Notes: generated by a model from the letters alone, not told the origin. A DNA stretch of 64,000 nt from Promethearchaeota archaeon (GCA_016839765.1 JAEOTP010000012.1:1-64000); one strand, 5' to 3'; numbered from the stretch's first letter, positions 37,703 through 47,806 are shown. Numbers and translations are program-made.

Positions 37703-38845
37703 ATAGGAGAATGCAAATTCTGTGGAAAGAAAGATAAGTTAATTTCAGAAATTCTTCAAGCATGTAGGAATTGTATTTTAAATAAAGACTGGGAAAAGAT
37801 AAAATCCCATATCTTATCAGTTCATAGTCAAGTGAGAAAACTCGTTGGTTTGCCCATAAAGCCTCCCAAAGCAGAAGGTTCAGATATTCAATTGAAATGT
37901 AATTATTGTATTAACGAATGTATTTTATCTAAAGACGATGTAAGCTATTGTGGGCTAAGAAATATTTCAAAGAAAGAAACAGGCGAATTACCATTTCCTT
38001 CTAGATCCAAAGGTTATATTCACGGGTACATTGATGCGAATCCCACAAATTGCTGTAATGCATGGTTTTGTCCAGCAGGTACTTCACGGGGATATCCGGA
38101 TTATTCTGATTATAATGAACCGGAATTTGGCACATATTCATATGCAGCATTTCTATATGGATGTACATTTTCGTGCTTATTCTGCCAGAATTATAGCCAT
38201 AAGCAATTCCAGAAGCGACATCTATTTGATAGTGAAACTTTAGCAAATCAAATAGTAAAAAATGAAAAAATTACTTGTTTATGCTATTTTGGAGGCACTC
38301 CTGAAGCGCAATTACCCTTTACTATAAATTTAGCAGAATTAATATTAAAGAAGATCAAAAAGCAAAACGCTGTAAGAAAATTCAGAGTTTGTTGGGAGTG
38401 GAATGGCAGTGGTAATAAGGCTTTAGTTGATAAATGCATGAACATTGCCATTAAAACGGGTGGAAATATAAAATTTGATTTAAAAAGCTTTGATGAGAAA
38501 TTAAATTTAGCGCTGTGTGGCGTCAGTAATAGTAGAACACTTGATAATTTCAAATATCTCGCGGATAATTATTTTGGTACGCGGGGAAAGGAGATGCCAG
38601 AAATGAGCGGTTGTACATTAATGGTTCCGGGATATGTCAACCATGAAGAAGTGGAGTTAATTGCGACATTTATTAGTGAGATAAATCCTGATATCCCATA
38701 TAGCCTTTTAGTGTTTCATGGTGATTATCAAATGAGGGATTTATCGATAACACCACGAGATCAAGCGTTAAAATGCTTGAAAGTTGCTCAAAAATATTTA
38801 AAAAATGTACATTTAGGGAACAAGTTCTTATTGGGCTTTTCTTAA
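37703..38845 (+). CDS. Radical SAM protein (PflA/AmmeMemoRadiSam-like) with N-terminal CxxC motifs; probable ATA start
   Basis: GCTFSCLFCQN, YFGG, WEWNG, FDLK. The frame stays open upstream of 37832 to ATA-GGA-GAA-TGC-AAA-TTC-TGT, which follows SD GGTGA. Confidence 0.85.
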   Translation: MGECKFCGKKDKLISEILQACRNCILNKDWEKIKSHILSVHSQVRKLVGLPIKPPKAEGSDIQLKCNYCINECILSKDDVSYCGLRNISKKETGELPFPSRSKGYIHGYIDANPTNCCNAWFCPAGTSRGYPDYSDYNEPEFGTYSYAAFLYGCTFSCLFCQNYSHKQFQKRHLFDSETLANQIVKNEKITCLCYFGGTPEAQLPFTINLAELILKKIKKQNAVRKFRVCWEWNGSGNKALVDKCMNIAIKTGGNIKFDLKSFDEKLNLALCGVSNSRTLDNFKYLADNYFGTRGKEMPEMSGCTLMVPGYVNHEEVELIATFISEINPDIPYSLLVFHGDYQMRDLSITPRDQALKCLKVAQKYLKNVHLGNKFLLGFS

Positions 38846-38891
38846 TTTTACTCATTAAATCTAAAGATTCATCTATAATTAAATCAATCTT

Positions 38892-41024
38892 TTATGATTT
38901 TAAATGATATTCACCATCTCTAAAAAAAATAAGATGAGATTTTAATAGTTCATCAACCAAATCCAATAAAGAGGATTCAATTAACAAGTGTTCATTCCTA
39001 TTTTCACAGATCCATAAATTTTCCAATCTATTATCCATACTATCAAAATTGATATGATGAACTATACATTCTGGTTTTAAATATTTTCCATCAATAAGAT
39101 ACTTTTTTGACCATTGTAATTCAGGATGCTCTGTTAAGTATAGTTCAATAACATAACGATGCTCGTACATCCATCCATTATTATTCTTGGCAGTAGGATT
39201 TTCGAACCTTTTTGGTACTCTCATCCAAACTCGACCTTCACTATGCTGGTGTTTTCCAAAACCTCTCTTCTTATTTTCCATATCAATATTATGTTTAACT
39301 TTAGACCAATAATAAATAACACCTCTATCAACACCACATAATTTGGCAAGTCTTCTTTGTGTTAGATTAAAGTTTTCATCTTGAACAAGATGCTCAACCC
39401 ATTGTTTATGTAAATATAAAGGATTTTCATCCGAACAATTTGAATAAGGATCTAATGAAATTTGTTTTTCTGAAGATTGATTTTCACGAATTTTGACAAT
39501 CCAATTGTCAGAAATCTCTTTCCAATTAATTTTTTTAATCTCTTCTTTTACCAAGTTTATATCTTTATAGGGATTAATGGATATTGGTTTTAATAATTCA
39601 TTAATCTTAGACGAGCTTAATTTTCTACAATCAAAATTAATATTTAAGTAATATTTACCATCTTCAAAACCTATTTGATTCAATTTAATTAAATCTCTAA
39701 AACATTCATTTAATGATCTTTCTGCTTTCTTATGACTTTTAGTATTTTCATATAACCATAAATTTTTCAACCTATTATCAGATTTTTTAAAATTAATATG
39801 GTGAACATTACATTCAATCTTCAAGTATTTTCCGTCAATAAGATATTTTTTTGACCATTTTAATCCTGGATTTTTCAATAAATAATTTTCCATTACTATT
39901 TCATGTTCAAATCGAACATTTCTACCTTTTTGAGGGACTAATTCTGGATGTAAATATCCATTAGGCATATATAATTTTACATAACCTCTTTTGTCAATCC
40001 AACTTCCATTCGTCCAGTTTTTTGCGGGAATACCATGTTTTTTACGCCAATTTTGTATTGTAACGAGATGCACTCCGCATACTTCACTTATTAATTGATC
40101 AGTTAAATTCAATTTTTTATTAGTATAAATTGTCTCCAACCAAATCTTATGTTTATATAAAGGATTTATTCTTGAGCAATCTTGTTTAGGATTTAATCGA
40201 ATCTCATAATTTGAATGCTGATTTTTTGGATATTTAATATTCCAATCTTTTACGATATCGTTCCAATCTATTTTTTTAATAAAATCTTTTATTAATCTTA
40301 TATTTAGTTGCGTCACTTGTATTTCGGGCACTTTTATAAGTTTAGGTAGAATTTTGGAGGTATAATATTCTGTTGTTGCTTCTAATTTTTGTTCACACAA
40401 TAAGAGGTTAAAATTTTGATCGTAATTAATGGACTTCTGGTCCTTGCGGTTTGAGTGGATATTTGGTTTTGAGATTGGTTTTACGTTTTCATTTTTATCG
40501 ACAGGTTTTAGCGGAATAATTTTATTTTTAGGGGTGTAATTTGGCTGGAGTTTTGGGGGTGTAATTTTATTTTTAGGAGTATAGTGATGCTCGAGTGTGG
40601 GCTGTTGGATTTTATTGATGGGCTTGTCGGTTGGTTTGTTTTTTGGTGGTTTGATTTTATTTCTGGTTATGTAATTAGGCGGAAGTTTGGGCGGTCTAAT
40701 TTTGTTTTTGGGTATGTAGTGAGGTTGGAGAGTGTGTTGTTCGATTTCTTGTGTAGGTTTATTGGTTGGTTTATTCTTTGGTGGTTCGATTTTGTTTTTG
40801 GTCAGGTAATTAGGCGGAAGTTTCGGCGGTATAATTTTATTTTTAGGCGCGGAACGAGGGTCGAGGTAGTGTTGTTCGATTTCTTTTATGGTTTTGTGGT
40901 CTGGTTTAGTTTTAGGGAGTTGAATTTGGTCAGAGCGTATATCTGCATCTTTAAATTGAGGATTGTGGATATCTTCTTTCACATCTTTTTTGGGATGCTG
41001 AGTTTTAAATTTGATTTTAGTCAT
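38892..41024 (-). CDS. Protein with Pro/Lys-rich N-terminal repeats and two tandem HTH+HNH endonuclease modules
   Basis: VHHINFKKSDNRLKNL and VHHINFDSMDNRLENL, each preceded by (F/Y)EH..V.E; the whole ~245-aa module is duplicated. Confidence 0.8.
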   Translation of the reverse strand: MTKIKFKTQHPKKDVKEDIHNPQFKDADIRSDQIQLPKTKPDHKTIKEIEQHYLDPRSAPKNKIIPPKLPPNYLTKNKIEPPKNKPTNKPTQEIEQHTLQPHYIPKNKIRPPKLPPNYITRNKIKPPKNKPTDKPINKIQQPTLEHHYTPKNKITPPKLQPNYTPKNKIIPLKPVDKNENVKPISKPNIHSNRKDQKSINYDQNFNLLLCEQKLEATTEYYTSKILPKLIKVPEIQVTQLNIRLIKDFIKKIDWNDIVKDWNIKYPKNQHSNYEIRLNPKQDCSRINPLYKHKIWLETIYTNKKLNLTDQLISEVCGVHLVTIQNWRKKHGIPAKNWTNGSWIDKRGYVKLYMPNGYLHPELVPQKGRNVRFEHEIVMENYLLKNPGLKWSKKYLIDGKYLKIECNVHHINFKKSDNRLKNLWLYENTKSHKKAERSLNECFRDLIKLNQIGFEDGKYYLNINFDCRKLSSSKINELLKPISINPYKDINLVKEEIKKINWKEISDNWIVKIRENQSSEKQISLDPYSNCSDENPLYLHKQWVEHLVQDENFNLTQRRLAKLCGVDRGVIYYWSKVKHNIDMENKKRGFGKHQHSEGRVWMRVPKRFENPTAKNNNGWMYEHRYVIELYLTEHPELQWSKKYLIDGKYLKPECIVHHINFDSMDNRLENLWICENRNEHLLIESSLLDLVDELLKSHLIFFRDGEYHLKS
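40512..40883 (-). repeat. Intragenic ~135-bp (45-aa) tandem repeat, about 2.7 copies
   Basis: EIEQHY..PKNKIIPPKLPPNY..NKIEPPKNKPT; EIEQHT..PKNKIRPPKLPPNY..; KIQQPT..PKNKITPPKLQPNY. Confidence 0.85.
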
Positions 41025-41283
41025 GATATCTGGTTTTAATATGATACATGTTCTTAAAAAGGAGTAGATGTCAGAGGTTTATAAAGAAAAATTTAGTGTG
41101 GCAAAATAATATTAATAAATAATGTGAATTTAGGCAACAAATTTCTTTTAGGGTTTACTTAATTTTTAATGAATTAATTTTTAAGATTTATATAATAAAA
41201 TATTTATTTTACAAACAATTATCGTTCATACGATTACTAATTAGAATTAGAATAATCATTAAAGTAAAGGAGAACTTGGTAAA

Positions 41284-41589
41284 GTGCAGAAAGCTAGGAT
41301 TCGCTTAAGTTCCACTATACTAGAATCACTAAATTCAGTATGTGAGCAGATTGAGAGTGTATGTAAAAGCCAAGGAATAAAAAAGCACGGCCCAATCCCA
41401 TTACCTACTAAACACTTGAAAGTTCCGGTAATGAAAAATGTTTCAGGTCAAGGTACATTACATTGGGCTAAATATGAAATGCGTATTCATAAAAGATTAT
41501 TTGAAATTATTGCTAATGAACGGAGTATGCATCTAATTATGAAGATACAAATTCCCGAATCAGTTCTAGTTGAAATAGAGCTAATGTGA
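41284..41589 (+). CDS. rps10: 30S ribosomal protein uS10
   Basis: MQKARIRLSS, GPIPLPTK, EMRIHKRL. Confidence 0.95.
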   Translation: MQKARIRLSSTILESLNSVCEQIESVCKSQGIKKHGPIPLPTKHLKVPVMKNVSGQGTLHWAKYEMRIHKRLFEIIANERSMHLIMKIQIPESVLVEIELM

Positions 41590-41734
41590 ATTTCTTTTTC
41601 TATATATTATATTGTGGAATTCAAATTTTATCTGCTTAAGAATAATGTTTTAATTCTTAAATTTTACATCATTAGTAATACCGTCAATTGGTCGAATAAT
41701 ATTTAAGTTTCCAAAGTTATTTGAACTATAGTAT

Positions 41735-42598
41735 ATGGAAGATAAAAGCTTAATCGAGATTAGAGACATTGGAAATAAAAATTTAATTCTCTTTTTTCTA
41801 ATAACTTTTTTGTTTTCCTGGTTGTTATGGTTACCTAGCCTATTTTCATCCGTACTTTTCTCTAAAAAAGAAGTATTGTATGAAATTTTAAATATTATCG
41901 GTGCATTTGGGCCCTTTATAGCAGCATTCGTTCTTACTTTGGTTAATGAAGGTAAGCAGGGATTAAAATTTTTGTGGAAAAGAGGTTGGCATTGTGAAAA
42001 TAAGCGATTTCTTATAATCTCCATATTTCTTATCCCTTTCTTATATCTTTCTTCCTTGATTTTAGTGATTTCTGTTGAAGGAATTATTCCATATGCGTTT
42101 ATACACTGGCCTAATCCAATTGAAATTATTACGCAGTTTGTTTTAGTTTTTTTCCTTGCTGGACCATTTCAAGAAGAATTTGGATGGAGAGGATATGCTC
42201 TTGATCGTTTACAATTAAGGTTCAATGCCCTAACTTCTAGCATTATACTTGGAGTGATTTGGGGCATATGGCATTTACCTTCGTTTTTCATAATCGGCAC
42301 AAATCAAGAAAATCAACTCTTTTACCCTTTCTTATTTAGTACAATTGTTTTATCTGTATTATTCACTTGGATATACAATTATTCTAATAGAAGCATTTTA
42401 GCAACTATGATTTTTCACGCAACAATAAATGGTTCTAATTATATATTTCGCCTGGATCAAACAACTTTAGGCTTCTGGTTTTATAGATTTTTGTTAAATT
42501 TCGTCGTGGTATATGTTGTTATAAAGTATTGCCTAAAAGATTTATCTCACTCTTCTAAAAAGGATAAAAAATCTTGTATTATAAAGGATTTGATTTAA
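41735..42598 (+). CDS. CPBP/Abi (CAAX protease type II) intramembrane metalloprotease
   Basis: EEFGWRGY, WGIWHLP, FHATIN. Confidence 0.92.
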   Translation: MEDKSLIEIRDIGNKNLILFFLITFLFSWLLWLPSLFSSVLFSKKEVLYEILNIIGAFGPFIAAFVLTLVNEGKQGLKFLWKRGWHCENKRFLIISIFLIPFLYLSSLILVISVEGIIPYAFIHWPNPIEIITQFVLVFFLAGPFQEEFGWRGYALDRLQLRFNALTSSIILGVIWGIWHLPSFFIIGTNQENQLFYPFLFSTIVLSVLFTWIYNYSNRSILATMIFHATINGSNYIFRLDQTTLGFWFYRFLLNFVVVYVVIKYCLKDLSHSSKKDKKSCIIKDLI

Positions 42599-42684
42599 GC
42601 AACTATATTTAAATCAGTTAATTATTATAACTTAAATAAGTATTTTAGCGTTAATTTGTAAATTTATTCTCAAAATGGGTTATA

Positions 42685-43407
42685 ATGGCAGACTTTCATA
42701 CTAAAACTTTTTACGGACAAAAATCGAGTATAATTATAACAAGTCCAGCTAAAACGGTTCCTTATATCTTTATAAGCTGTATAAATAGAAAAGATGATGG
42801 GACTTGGGAAATCCCAAGCAAGAGTGAAGGTAAAACAGTAAAGATTTCAATTGAAGAGATTATCTGCTTTTTGGAAGTGCTTAGAAGAAAAAGTGCTAAC
42901 TGGAGAGGGTATCATGTCTTTAAAGAGCGAAAAACTGAAATCTACGTGGGGTGGGAAGACGAATCGCGTCAAGTGCTTAAAATTAAAATTGGTAATTATA
43001 CAAAAAAACTGCGATTTCCAAATATAAATTTCATGACGTTATTATTAGAACATTTATTACAAGAAAAAATTGAGTTCGCAACAAGCGGTACATTTGAATC
43101 TAAAGAGAAAGAAGAAAAAGTTGATGAAGAAACAGAATATAGTTTATTTTCAGAACATATTACCGCGAGAGATGGATTACAGGTTGTTGAAACCACTGAA
43201 TATGGGGTCTCTGTTGATACCGTGGAAGTGAAAGCAAAAGTGAAAGTAGAAAGCCCAAAAGCTCTCTTAATTATACTGGATACTGGAGAAGAATTTTGGA
43301 TCCCTAAATCAACGATTCATTCTTTATATGTTTTAGATAAGAAAGCCAAATATCAAAATTTTGTAGTAGATAAGTGGATTATTGAAAGAAACAAGATCAT
43401 AAGATAA
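42685..43407 (+). CDS. Hypothetical protein
   Basis: 240-aa ORF; small C-terminal domain ESPKALLI..EFWIPKS. Confidence 0.7.
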   Translation: MADFHTKTFYGQKSSIIITSPAKTVPYIFISCINRKDDGTWEIPSKSEGKTVKISIEEIICFLEVLRRKSANWRGYHVFKERKTEIYVGWEDESRQVLKIKIGNYTKKLRFPNINFMTLLLEHLLQEKIEFATSGTFESKEKEEKVDEETEYSLFSEHITARDGLQVVETTEYGVSVDTVEVKAKVKVESPKALLIILDTGEEFWIPKSTIHSLYVLDKKAKYQNFVVDKWIIERNKIIR

Positions 43408-44651
43408 TGGCTCCAAATTCCTTAAAACTATATGAAAAACCCGTTTTTATCAATTCATTCTTACTATGTGTAAATCTTGGGCTTTTCATATTTAAAATTG
43501 TGTTTGGCATATTTAGTAGAAGTTTAGCTTTGCAAGCGGATGCATTTGATAACCTTACTGATATCGTCATGGCCTTTGCAGCATTAATCGGATTACTTTA
43601 TAGCAATAAAAAACCGAATGAAAAATTTCCTTATGGATATTACAAAATTGAAAATATTATTAGTTTAATAGTTTCTTTTTTTATTTTTTTTACAGCATAC
43701 AATATTATTGTTCAATCCATTACAAGCATCTTAGACTATTTTAAGGGGATTCATAGAATAATTATTATCTCTCCAGTAATTATAATATTTTTGATTATAT
43801 CTTTAGGAATTTCATTTTCGTTAACTTTATATTTAAAATTAATAGGAAAAAAAAGTAGATCTCCCATAATTGAGTCTGAAGCAAATGAAAAACTCTATGA
43901 TAATTTTATTTCTTTCTCGGTCATTGTTGGATTTATATGTGCTATCTTTAACATCTTCTTGGTAGATTCAATCATTGGTCTTATAATTTGTATATTTCTT
44001 ATAAAAGGGGGTTATGATATCTTTTTGAACTCAACAAAGACTCTACTTGATGCAGTTATAGAATTTGATAAAAGAAAGGAACTCTTTGAACTGATTGAGT
44101 CTTATCCAAAAGTAAAAAATGTAGATAGTTTGGAAGTAAGATCTTATGGCAGATATATTTTTGCGGAAATGATTGTTAGCTTAAATAAAGACTTAACTTT
44201 ATCTCAAATTCAATCTTTAAAAATTATTTTATCAAATAATATAAAAAATCACTTTCCTCATATATTTAAATTAATAATAATAACTAAAACGCAAGAAAAA
44301 CCTGTAATAAAAGTAGCTGTTCCTTTATTGGAAAATAATGATTTACATTCCCAAATTTCCGATCATTTTGGTGAATCGCCCTTTTTTGCGATTTTAGAAG
44401 TTCAAGAAGATAATAACGAAGTATCCCTTCAAAACTATAACATCATTAAAAATAAATATGCACACTTAGAAAAACGAAAAGGTATAAATATAGCAGATTG
44501 GTTAATATCTGAAAAAATAGACAAAGTGTATTTAAAGAATGAATTAAAAAAGGGTCCAAAGTTAATCTTTGAAAATAGCCTTGTACAAGTTATTATAACA
44601 AAATTATCAAGCCTAAAAGAGGTTTTAAGTTGGGAGCTTGAAAATCAATAA
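43407..44651 (+). CDS. Cation diffusion facilitator with a C-terminal NifB/NifX-like domain
   Basis: SLALQADAFDNLTD, FPYGYYKIE; C-terminal VAVP..ISDHFGESPFF. Confidence 0.88.
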   Translation: MAPNSLKLYEKPVFINSFLLCVNLGLFIFKIVFGIFSRSLALQADAFDNLTDIVMAFAALIGLLYSNKKPNEKFPYGYYKIENIISLIVSFFIFFTAYNIIVQSITSILDYFKGIHRIIIISPVIIIFLIISLGISFSLTLYLKLIGKKSRSPIIESEANEKLYDNFISFSVIVGFICAIFNIFLVDSIIGLIICIFLIKGGYDIFLNSTKTLLDAVIEFDKRKELFELIESYPKVKNVDSLEVRSYGRYIFAEMIVSLNKDLTLSQIQSLKIILSNNIKNHFPHIFKLIIITKTQEKPVIKVAVPLLENNDLHSQISDHFGESPFFAILEVQEDNNEVSLQNYNIIKNKYAHLEKRKGINIADWLISEKIDKVYLKNELKKGPKLIFENSLVQVIITKLSSLKEVLSWELENQ

Positions 44652-44705
44652 ATAAGGTAAAAGTTAATTTCATTCTCAAATTTTGTGTAATAATTATAGA
44701 TTTTT

Positions 44706-45548
44706 ATGATTTCTATGGAATTCACTATTGATTATTTAAAAAAGCTTGCTTTAAAAGTTTATGACACGATATATCCACTTCTAGGCCGAAAAGAAGCATC
44801 TGTAAAATCTGAGAGGGGTGCAGGGGGAGATATGACAATGTACATTGATCAAGTTGCTGAAGAAATAATTATTCAGTCTCTAAAAAAAGGTAAGGTAAAT
44901 TGTTTATTAATTAGTGAAGAAATTGGAGAGAAATATATTGGAGATGAACATCAAGTAAAAAAGAATCAGCAGGTACTTATAATTGATCCCCTTGATGGGT
45001 CAAATAATGCTGTAAGAGGTGTTCCCTATTGTTCTGTATCCATAGCATATGCAATTGGGAATAAAATGAATGATATATTAAGAGCAGTAGTTCTTAATCT
45101 AAATACAAAAGATATCTATTGGGCTGAAAAAGGAAAAGGAGCTTATTTTAATAATGCACAGATTCATGTTTCTGATTTGGATATTACACAAAAGTGCTTC
45201 TTTGAATTAAACCTTCCGATGAAAAATCTAATGATAAACTTACAGAAACTAGCTCCATTAATAAGAAGATTTTATCGAATTAGAATATTGGGAAGCAGTG
45301 CTTTAACTTTATGCCAAATAGCTAGTGGTAGAATGGAAGCCTTTATTAATTTGAGAGAAACTAACCGATTAGTGGATGTGGCTGCAGGTTTTTTAATATT
45401 AAAAGAAGCTGGAGGTAAAATCTTTTCTTTAGATGGAAAGGAAATTAATAAAGATTTATCAATAGAAATAAAATTCCCATTTATTGCGTGTAATGTTAAA
45501 TTAGAATCATTTCTTAAAACTGAGCTAATTAATAAAAACAGTAAGTAA
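44706..45548 (+). CDS. suhB: Inositol monophosphatase / FBPase (archaeal IMPase family)
   Basis: GAGGD, ISEE, IDPLDGSNNA, RILGSSAL, DVAAG. Confidence 0.9.
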   Translation: MISMEFTIDYLKKLALKVYDTIYPLLGRKEASVKSERGAGGDMTMYIDQVAEEIIIQSLKKGKVNCLLISEEIGEKYIGDEHQVKKNQQVLIIDPLDGSNNAVRGVPYCSVSIAYAIGNKMNDILRAVVLNLNTKDIYWAEKGKGAYFNNAQIHVSDLDITQKCFFELNLPMKNLMINLQKLAPLIRRFYRIRILGSSALTLCQIASGRMEAFINLRETNRLVDVAAGFLILKEAGGKIFSLDGKEINKDLSIEIKFPFIACNVKLESFLKTELINKNSK

Positions 45549-45617
45549 AAATTATTCTTCTTACTTTGATGGATTTATTTTAGATTTATTAACAAACTTT
45601 AAAAATAAAAAAAAAGT

Positions 45618-45705
45618 AATATAGAATGGAGGATAATTGGTTTAGGTGTGGTCATTCGAGAAGCCATTTTTCTAAACTGATCCCTCCTTTTTCTATATTT
45701 TTTTT
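45618..45705 (+). ncRNA. Candidate orphan long-hairpin RNA followed by poly(T)
   Basis: AATATAGAA/TTCTATATT, GGAGG/CCTCC, ATTGGTTTAGG/TCTAAACTGAT and GTGGT/GCCAT pair, with G.U wobbles valid only on the + strand. Confidence 0.5.
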
Positions 45706-45767
45706 AAATTCACAATTTTTTTGAATTAATCCTTAATTCTTCTATTTATATTGTTAAATACTAAATT

Positions 45768-46367
45768 TTGAGTGAATTGGAAAGATTAAAGAGCGATTTT
45801 TTTGATAGACAAACGGTAGCTGTTGCTAAAGAATTAATAGGTAAATATATAGTGAGAAAGACGAAAAGAGGAAACATTATTGGAAAAATAATTGAAGTAG
45901 AAGCTTATTTAGGTCCAAATGATAAGGCATGTCATAGTTATAATTATAAAAAAACAGAAAGAACCAAACCAATGTATATGAAACCAGGAACGTTATATAT
46001 TTACTTTATATATGGAATGTATTACTGTTTAAATGTAGTTACTGAACCAGAAGGTATGCCTTGCGCGGTTCTGATAAGGCAATTACATCCTGTTGATGGA
46101 ATTGAAATTATGAAAAAGAATAGAAACATTAAAATCGGTAAAAATTACAAAAACCTAACTGATGGTCCTAGCAAATTATGTATGGCTTTAAACATTACAA
46201 AAGATTTTTTTAATGGAAAAGATTCATGTGCTTCTGATTCAAAACTATTTTTCACTTATGGGGATACTATTAACCCCAATGAAATTATTTTAGGAAAAAG
46301 AATTGGTATAGAATATGCGCAAGAAGATAAAGATAAGCTTTTAAGATTTACATTAAAGAGCCCTTAG
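45768..46367 (+). CDS. mpg: 3-methyladenine DNA glycosylase (MPG/AAG)
   Basis: IIEVEAYLG..D.ACHS, YIYFIYGMYYCLNVV, AVLIR, GPSKLC, RIGI. Confidence 0.93.
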   Translation: MSELERLKSDFFDRQTVAVAKELIGKYIVRKTKRGNIIGKIIEVEAYLGPNDKACHSYNYKKTERTKPMYMKPGTLYIYFIYGMYYCLNVVTEPEGMPCAVLIRQLHPVDGIEIMKKNRNIKIGKNYKNLTDGPSKLCMALNITKDFFNGKDSCASDSKLFFTYGDTINPNEIILGKRIGIEYAQEDKDKLLRFTLKSP

Positions 46368-46399
46368 GTTTTCATTCCTTGTTAGCTAAGAATTCACCT

Positions 46400-46760
46400 T
46401 CCTAAATTTGTAAATAATTGATTCTAATATAACCAGACTATTAAAACAGGTAAACTACACCCATTTTATTGCAAATAATCTTATCAGCGATGTGTTGTTG
46501 AATTACTTGTGGCATTATTCCGAATGCCTCTATCCCATCCACCGAAACGGCATTTGGGAATACTTTTTTCATGATATTGTATGCGACTATACCTTTTTAT
46601 AATTTGGTTTTTAAAAAACCTTGATTTTTATATCTAAATAGTGTTCGTCTTGAGATTCTTAGTAAGCGTAATACTTCGTTTGTCTTTATAATATCATTAA
46701 AAAAATGTGTTTTTTATAATAATTATAGTCAGTGAATTTAGTGATTTACTAAAGAATTAA
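46400..46760 (-). mobile_element. Internally deleted IS607-family element (tnpA 5' fragment plus tnpB 3' fragment); ends approximate
   Basis: 46689-46597 IKTNEVLRLLRISRRTLFRYKNQGFLK (IS607 TnpA MerR-like HTH); 46584-46441 AYNIMKKVFPNAVSVDGIEAFGIMP (TnpB C-terminus). Confidence 0.72.
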
Positions 46761-46951
46761 TAAGTACATCTGTATTATTTCTTCTTGATAATATCAGAGA
46801 GTAATATCTTTTATCAAATTATTAATTTATCACAATGATATTATATCCATTTATCTTAGACAAAAAAGAATAAATTTAAATAACAAATCTATGACTTTTC
46901 AAGTAGGTTATTAGTTAGAATAATTATTCATAAATTAATAGGTCATGATTA

Positions 46952-47404
46952 ATGGTAAAAGATGCTCTTAAATTCTTTCATGCTTACATTAATGAAATGA
47001 TTGATCTTGGGGGAAAGGATCTTCCAAAGTCAGTGTCAACAGCATTAGGCGCGAAATTAGCAAATATCTATAAAAGGAAAGGTATTACTGATTTAGAAAC
47101 TGCTTTGTATCAAATATATAAAGCTCTAGGCGCTAAAGTTTCAATAAAAAAGATAGATGAGGATACTTATGATGTAATCCTTAAACATTCCAAGAGGTTT
47201 TGTCCCATAGGTGGTAAAAAGAATCCAAATCTAGCAAAAACAATTCAGGAAAGCATATGTATTCCGTATACCCGAAGCTTTTTAGCTTCCCTTCTCCCAA
47301 ATTATATGTTAGAATCAGAAATTAAAGAATGTATTCTTGAAGAAAATAGTAATAGACATTGCCGTTATGTCTTAAAAGCTAAACCAAAAAATAGCCAATC
47401 TTAA
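46952..47404 (+). CDS. Hypothetical protein with FCPIG..C..C..C motif (V4R-like output domain)
   Basis: 150-aa ORF; Cys pattern. Confidence 0.65.
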   Translation: MVKDALKFFHAYINEMIDLGGKDLPKSVSTALGAKLANIYKRKGITDLETALYQIYKALGAKVSIKKIDEDTYDVILKHSKRFCPIGGKKNPNLAKTIQESICIPYTRSFLASLLPNYMLESEIKECILEENSNRHCRYVLKAKPKNSQS

Positions 47405-47490
47405 TGTTAATTAATTATCCAAATTCTTACTATTTTTATTTTTATTTTTAATTTTTAATTTTTCAATAAATAATTTTTTATTTTGTAACA

Positions 47491-47806
47491 ACTTATTCCT
47501 TATTGGACAAGTTGCGCAATGTCTGAAGTCCCATGCTGGACGGACCGCGAAATGCGCATAGCGGAAGTGCCTGATTTGAGGCATTATGAGTTATTATTAG
47601 CCATTATTGTATCCCGGCGAAGCTCTCCCCATGATGGTGGGTGCCTGTGTGGTGTTTTCTGTAGGAAAAACATAATCACATAATAGCAAACCCGGCCAGG
47701 CCAGGGATGGAGCAGCCGTAAGTTTAGGTGTTCACGCTTCATGGTAAGGGAGTGGAGGGGTATGATATTTATGGACCTAATGATAGGATTGGAGCCGAGG
47801 ATCGGG
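47491..47806 (+). ncRNA. ffs: Signal recognition particle RNA (archaeal 7S)
   Basis: GC-rich ~315-nt island; helix 8 CCAGG-CCA-GGGA-TGG-AGCAGCC; helix 6 with GTAG loop; complementary 5' and 3' ends; poly-T downstream. Confidence 0.92.

Noticed and set aside
40512-40883. CRISPR array
   Set aside because: The repeats are in-frame, degenerate coding repeats without unique spacers, and no cas genes are present.
40584-41039. 151-aa + strand hydrophobic ORF
   Set aside because: Antisense shadow of the Pro/Lys repeat region.
45599-45667. 22-aa minus-strand hydrophobic peptide (type I toxin-like) inside the hairpin
   Set aside because: Hydrophobicity comes from a poly-T tract, SD spacing is poor, and the wobble pairs favour a + strand RNA.
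47491-47806. rRNA, tRNA or RNase P RNA
   Set aside because: Size and the helix-8 motif identify it as SRP RNA.
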